From Anaeromyxobacteraceae bacterium (GTDB taxonomy: Bacteria; Myxococcota; Myxococcia; Myxococcales; Anaeromyxobacteraceae): DNA of 64,000 nucleotides. Position numbers and translations under genes: made by a program. Shown here in pieces: positions 59,343 to 64,000 of the stretch (positions within the stretch are counted from its first letter, which is position 1; each line of letters begins with the position of its first letter). Location of the stretch: positions 160,001-224,000 of the forward strand of contig JASGHJ010000001.1 of NCBI GenBank assembly GCA_047602405.1, read 5' to 3'. The notes below the pieces were generated by a model. The model was not told the DNA's origin. It saw only the letters and a list, made by a program, of their open reading frames with translations, and did no database searches.

Positions 59343-60473
59343 ATGGTCGGCTCCTTCCTCGCGGGCGCCCTCACCGGCGCGGCGTTCGGGTGGGTCCTCT
59401 ACAAGGTGGGCGCCACGCGCTACTCGCGCGTGATGGGCATGCTCACGCTCAAGGACACGAAGGTGATGAAGTTCGCCTTCACCACCATCGGCGTCGCCTC
59501 GCTCGCCTATGGCCTCGCGGCCGCGGCGGGCGTGGCGGAGGCCTGGGGGCTCGTCCCCCGGGTGATGCCGTTCCTCGGCTACGGCCACCTCCTCGGCGGC
59601 GCGCTCTTCGGCCTCGGCATGGGCGTCTCCGGCCTCTGCCCCGGCACCTGCGTCGCGAAGCTCGGCGGGCGCGGCGGCGGGAAGAAGTACGCCACGCCGG
59701 CCGCGGTCCTGGGGCTCGTCGCCGGCGTGCTCGTCTACCAGCTCGTGAAGGATCGGCTGATGTCCGCCGGGGTCATCGCCGAGAACCAGCTGCCGCTCAC
59801 GCTGCACGGCGTGCTCGGCCTGCCCTACGCGGCGGTCGCGCTCGTCCTCGCCGCGGTCATGATCGCCGTCGCGATCGCCGTCGACCGGCTGACGCCCGAG
59901 GCGGTGTACGCGCCGGCCCGCGAGAAGAGGACGCTCGTCGACTGGCTGCGCGGCGAGTGGAGCTGGACCGCGGGCGGCACCGCCGCGGGCCTCCTCGTCG
60001 TGGCCTCGACCGCCCAGGGCGGCTACCTGGGGTTCTCGGGCGCGATCCTCGCCGCGGTCGGGAGCGGCACGCACCTCCTCGGCCTCGACCTCCCCATCGT
60101 CCCCCGCGTCGACGCCGACATCGTCTGGCGGGCCGCGCTCATCCTCGGCGTGTTCCCGGGCGCCTGGCTCGCCCACGCGGTCGCGATCCCGTCGAAGGCG
60201 GCGGTCGAGGCCCCCGCCGTGAAGGTCCTCGACTGGCGGGCGATCGGCACGAGCTTCGGCGCGGCGGCCACGATGTGCCTCGGCGCGCTCGTCGGCGGCG
60301 GCTGCACCACCGGCGCGTTCCTCTCCGCGTGGCCGACCCTCTCGGTCGGCAGCTTCGCCATGGCGGGCACGTTCTTCGCCGTCTCGATGGCGACCTCGAG
60401 CGCCCGGGCGTTCCTCCTCCACACCTACGACATCGGCGCGGCGCAGGCGTTCGGCGATCGCGCCTACGACTAG
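59343..60473 (+). CDS. YeeE/YedE family membrane protein (full-length, two halves)
   Basis: VMKFAF, SGLCPGT, GGGCTTG. Confidence 0.85.
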   Translation: MVGSFLAGALTGAAFGWVLYKVGATRYSRVMGMLTLKDTKVMKFAFTTIGVASLAYGLAAAAGVAEAWGLVPRVMPFLGYGHLLGGALFGLGMGVSGLCPGTCVAKLGGRGGGKKYATPAAVLGLVAGVLVYQLVKDRLMSAGVIAENQLPLTLHGVLGLPYAAVALVLAAVMIAVAIAVDRLTPEAVYAPAREKRTLVDWLRGEWSWTAGGTAAGLLVVASTAQGGYLGFSGAILAAVGSGTHLLGLDLPIVPRVDADIVWRAALILGVFPGAWLAHAVAIPSKAAVEAPAVKVLDWRAIGTSFGAAATMCLGALVGGGCTTGAFLSAWPTLSVGSFAMAGTFFAVSMATSSARAFLLHTYDIGAAQAFGDRAYD

Positions 60474-60482
60474 GAGCCGGCC

Positions 60483-60617
60483 ATGAAGATGCAGATCAGG
60501 ATGCTCCTCGCGGCGGCCGTGCTGGTGCTCGCCGCGGGCTATCTGGGCCTCAGGAGCGGCAACGCGGCGCTGGAGCGGAAGGTCGCCGCCACCGCGAGGG
60601 GTGAGGTGACGCCGTGA
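60483..60617 (+). CDS. Small single-TM protein (44 aa)
   Basis: AGGAG RBS; MKMQIRMLLAAAVLVLAAGYLGLRSGNAALERKVAATARGEVTP; GTGA overlap with next gene. Confidence 0.55.
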   Translation: MKMQIRMLLAAAVLVLAAGYLGLRSGNAALERKVAATARGEVTP

Positions 60618-61076
60618 AGCTCGAACCGCTCGTCTGGGTGGGGGCGCTCGCGCTCCTCTCCGGCATGGTCGTGAGGGAGGGCCAGCGCCGCACCGCGCTC
60701 GAGGCCCAGGTGCCGGTCGAGGCGAAGGACCTCTACCGCACGATGGCGAGGTCGAAGGCGGCGCTCCAGAATCGTCGACGTCCGCCCCGACCTCTCCGCC
60801 GGCTACGAGGACGCCCGGGTGCCGGGCGCGCTGCCGATGCCCGGCTGCGACCTCGCCGCCGCGCCCGAGAAGGCGCGCGCCCGCATCGTCCCGTCGGTGC
60901 CCACCGTGATCGTCACGGCCACCGGCAGCGCGGCGGAGGCCGCGAGGTGCGCGGGCTTCTTCACGTCGGCGCGGTTGCTCGCCGGCGGCCAGGAGGCCTG
61001 GACCGACGCGAACCTGCCCGAGGACTCGGGCGAGTACTCCCCGCCGTCCGCGAAGGCGGGCGGGGGCTGCCTCTAG
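60614..61076 (+). CDS. Membrane-anchored rhodanese-like protein ending GGGCL; +1 frameshift at ~60770
   Basis: N-terminal TM; removing one A gives LQIVDVRPD..GYEDARVPGA..LAGGQEAW..AKAGGGCL. Confidence 0.72.
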
Positions 61077-61142
61077 GACGTTCGTCGCTCGCAGCAGGGC
61101 AGCGCTGGCAGCAGCGCTTCGACACCAGGGAGAGGGTTGGCC

Positions 61143-64000
61143 ATGTCCGTCAGCCGAAGGGACGTGCTGAAGGGGATCGCGGCGCTGCCGGTGGCCGGAG
61201 CCGCCGGCGAGGTCCTCGCCGAGGCAGCGCCTCGACAGCCGCAGCTGCCCGAGCCGGTCCGGGTGGAAGGCCCGGGGCCCGGCCCGACCGCGAAGGCCAC
61301 CGAGGACCTGTACCGCGCCGAGTTCGCCGGTACCTACGGCGACGGCGAGCAGCACGGGTACGCCTTCCACTGCGTGAACTGCCAGGGCAACTGCGCCTGG
61401 GAGGTCTGGACCGACGCGTCGGGCAAGGTGACGCGCGAGAACCAGTCGGCCTCCTACCCGCAGCTCGCGCCCGACCTGCCGGACGCGAACCCGCGCGGCT
61501 GCAACAAGGGCGTGCAGCACTCGCAGATCATGTACGAGAAGGACCGGCTCCTCTACCCGATGCGGCGCGCGGGCAAGCGCGGCGAGGGCAAGTGGACCCG
61601 GATCTCCTGGGACGAGGCGGTCACCGAGGTCGCCACCCACCTCTACGAGACCATGCTCTCGAAGGGGCCGGGCGGGAACTACGTCCACATGGGCTCGGGC
61701 ATGCTCTCCGAGGCGCGCGCCGCCTCCGTGAAGCGGCTCGGCTCGCTCCTCGGCGCGGTCCGCCCGTACATCGCGAGCTACGTCGGCGACAACTTCCCCG
61801 GCCCGGGCCTCGTCTACGGCGAGGGCAACCTCGGCGTCACCTACGACTTCTTCTACAAGACCGAGGTGGCGGTGTTCTGGGGCTGCAACCCCAACACCTC
61901 TCGCATCCCGGACGCCCACTACCTGTGGGAGGGGAAGTACAACGGCGCGAAGGTCATCGTCATCACGCCCGAGTTCAACTCGACCGCGGTGCACGCCGAC
62001 CTGTGGGTGCCGGTGAAGCCGGGCTACGACGGCCACCTGGCGCTCTCGATCATGAACCGGATCGTGGCGCGGAAGCTCTACGACCCGGCGTTCCTGAAGA
62101 CCTTCACGGATCTCCCGTTCCTGGTCCGCGCCGACACGAAGGAGCTCGTCCGGCTCCACGACGTCGACCTCACGGACAGGCGCTTCGACGCCGGCTCGGC
62201 GAAGCGGTTCGCCGCCGACGAGGCGAGGCACCACGAGGTCTTCCTCGCCTGGGACCTGAAGCAGAACCGGGCGACCGCGCTGCCAGGCTGCGAGGGCTCG
62301 ACGGTCGACACGCTCCGGCTCGAGGACATCGACTGGAAGCTCGACCCGGCGCTCGCGGGCAGCTTCAAGCTGAAGCTCAAGGAGCACGGCGGCGCCCCGA
62401 AGGAGGTCACGGTCGTCCCGGCCATGGCGCTCCTCGAGCAGGAGCTCCGGAAGTTCGCGCCGGAGGCGACCCGGAAGCTCACCGGCGTGCACCCGTCGAT
62501 CGTCGAGACCCTCGCGACCGACCTCATGAAGTCGAAGACCGCGGTCCTCACCCTCGGCTTCGCCATCGGCAAGCACTTCAACGGCCTCCTCTCCCAGCGC
62601 GCCATCGCCTCCCTCGGCGCGCTCATGGGCAAGCTCGGGCCCCGCGGCGGGTTCAACACCGAGAACGAGTGGTCGATCACCGGCCTCGGCGGGCTCTCCG
62701 GCTTCGACGGCCGCTACAACCACCGCTTCGCCTCGGGCTTCGTCTCCGAGTTCATGATGGGCGACGGCTTCGCGTCACCGGAGGCCGCCTTCCAGGACGA
62801 GGACTTCAGGCGCGCCACCGGCAAGGGGGAGAAGGAGTACGTCGCCGAGGTCGCCGCCACCATCGCGAAGAGCGAGGGCGACGCCGGCTACAGGCAGGGC
62901 AAGCCCTGGTGGAAGGAGACCGACACCTTCCTCCTCTTCGCCGACGCCCGCTTCCGCCGGAACAAGGGGCGCTACCGCGACGCGTTCCTGGAGAAGGCGA
63001 AGTTCATCGCGTACGGCGACTTCCGGATGAGCGACTTCGCGAGCTACGCGGACGTGCTCCTCCCCTGCTCCAGCCACTACGAGGTCTGGGACCTCCGCAC
63101 GAACCCCGGCTACCACCGCTACGCGAACGTCGCCGTCCCGCCCGCGAACCTCAAGAAGCTCGGCGAGGCGAAGTCGGAGTGGGAGATCTCGACGCTCATC
63201 GCCGAGAAGCTCCAGGCGATCGCGACCGCGCGGTACGCGGCGACGAAGGACGAGAGGTTCATCAAGATCCCCGACCGCACGCACACCCAGGGCGGCGTCC
63301 GCGACCTCGACCGCGTGGTCGAGGAGTTCACCCTCGGCGGGAAGCTCCGGAGCGACCGCGACGCGGTCGAGTTCGCGCTCGAGCACGTCGACCAGTTCAA
63401 GCCGAACGACCCGAAGACGATGGTGGCCCGCGGCGGGTACCTGCAGCTCAACGAGAAGGCGGGCAAGTCCTCGCCGCTCTACCCGGACCGGCCCTACTCG
63501 ACCTTCGAGAACAACCTGTACCTCACGCAGAGGTTCGAGACCGCGAGCGGCCGCCTCACCTTCTACGTCGACCACCCGCTCTGGATCGCCCAGGGCGCGA
63601 ACGTGCCGACCGCGAAGGAGCCGCTCGCCTCGCGGAAGTTCCCGTTCCTGCTCATGACGCCGCACGCGCGCTGGTCGATCCACTCGACCTACAAGACCTC
63701 GCCGACGCTGCTCCGCCTGCAGCGCGGCCGGCCGGCGGTCATGCTGAACCCGGCCATCGCCGAGAAGCGGGGCATCCACGACGGCGAGCTCGTGCGGGTC
63801 TTCAACGACCTCGGCGAGGCCACCATGGTCGCGAAGGTCGCCGCGAGCTGCCCGCGGGACGCGCTCGTCCTCGAGCACGGGTGGGAGCCGTTCTGCTACC
63901 CGGGCAAGAAGGGCCACAACGCGCTCGTCGGCTCGATGCTCAACCAGCTCGAGGTCTCCGACGGCTGGGGCCACCTCAGGTTCGGCACCGCCTGGGACGG
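61143..64000 (+). CDS. Tat-exported type II DMSO-reductase-family molybdoenzyme catalytic subunit (3' end beyond window; absent from ORF track)
   Basis: SRRDVLK Tat motif; FHCVNCQGNC...NPRGCNKG (His/Cys FS0); SYVGDNFPG (Asp ligand position); WGCNPNTSRIPDAH; TPHARWSIHSTY. Confidence 0.9.
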   Translation, partial: MSVSRRDVLKGIAALPVAGAAGEVLAEAAPRQPQLPEPVRVEGPGPGPTAKATEDLYRAEFAGTYGDGEQHGYAFHCVNCQGNCAWEVWTDASGKVTRENQSASYPQLAPDLPDANPRGCNKGVQHSQIMYEKDRLLYPMRRAGKRGEGKWTRISWDEAVTEVATHLYETMLSKGPGGNYVHMGSGMLSEARAASVKRLGSLLGAVRPYIASYVGDNFPGPGLVYGEGNLGVTYDFFYKTEVAVFWGCNPNTSRIPDAHYLWEGKYNGAKVIVITPEFNSTAVHADLWVPVKPGYDGHLALSIMNRIVARKLYDPAFLKTFTDLPFLVRADTKELVRLHDVDLTDRRFDAGSAKRFAADEARHHEVFLAWDLKQNRATALPGCEGSTVDTLRLEDIDWKLDPALAGSFKLKLKEHGGAPKEVTVVPAMALLEQELRKFAPEATRKLTGVHPSIVETLATDLMKSKTAVLTLGFAIGKHFNGLLSQRAIASLGALMGKLGPRGGFNTENEWSITGLGGLSGFDGRYNHRFASGFVSEFMMGDGFASPEAAFQDEDFRRATGKGEKEYVAEVAATIAKSEGDAGYRQGKPWWKETDTFLLFADARFRRNKGRYRDAFLEKAKFIAYGDFRMSDFASYADVLLPCSSHYEVWDLRTNPGYHRYANVAVPPANLKKLGEAKSEWEISTLIAEKLQAIATARYAATKDERFIKIPDRTHTQGGVRDLDRVVEEFTLGGKLRSDRDAVEFALEHVDQFKPNDPKTMVARGGYLQLNEKAGKSSPLYPDRPYSTFENNLYLTQRFETASGRLTFYVDHPLWIAQGANVPTAKEPLASRKFPFLLMTPHARWSIHSTYKTSPTLLRLQRGRPAVMLNPAIAEKRGIHDGELVRVFNDLGEATMVAKVAASCPRDALVLEHGWEPFCYPGKKGHNALVGSMLNQLEVSDGWGHLRFGTAWD

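Overview
Very GC-rich bacterial chromosome segment whose gene content and codon style suggest Myxococcota (Anaeromyxobacter-like); the taxon is an inference. It holds about 50 genes. I saw no rRNA, tRNA or CRISPR array. The left part (1-15.5 kb) is a DNA-processing/possible defence cluster: SNF2 C-terminus, orphan TaqI/Eco57I-like m6A methyltransferase, Mesh1-like HD hydrolase, an IS110 element with a long non-coding left end, AddB/AddA-like helicase-nuclease, NERD-helicase and ADP-ribosylglycohydrolase. The middle part is mixed housekeeping and accessory genes: katG, a desaturase, PPK2/pap, a multi-HAMP MCP, lactate permease-glcDEF, and Prim-Pol/LigC. The right ~21 kb is a dense sulfur-redox island: octaheme OTR-like cytochrome, heptaheme/cytochrome b fusion, three YeeE/YedE proteins, several rhodaneses (two ending in SoxY-like GGC arms), a DsrE-like protein, SorAB, SQR, and an ArsR-rhodanese-led operon ending in a Tat-exported type II DMSO-reductase-family molybdoenzyme that runs off the window and is missing from the ORF track. 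Non-coding signals include a PafBC/RecA-NDp-like promoter motif (TGTCAG-N10-TAnnnT) before DNA-repair and HNH genes, many apparently leaderless genes, and four copies of a REP-like hairpin repeat. Seven single-base indels split genes and are most likely sequencing errors.
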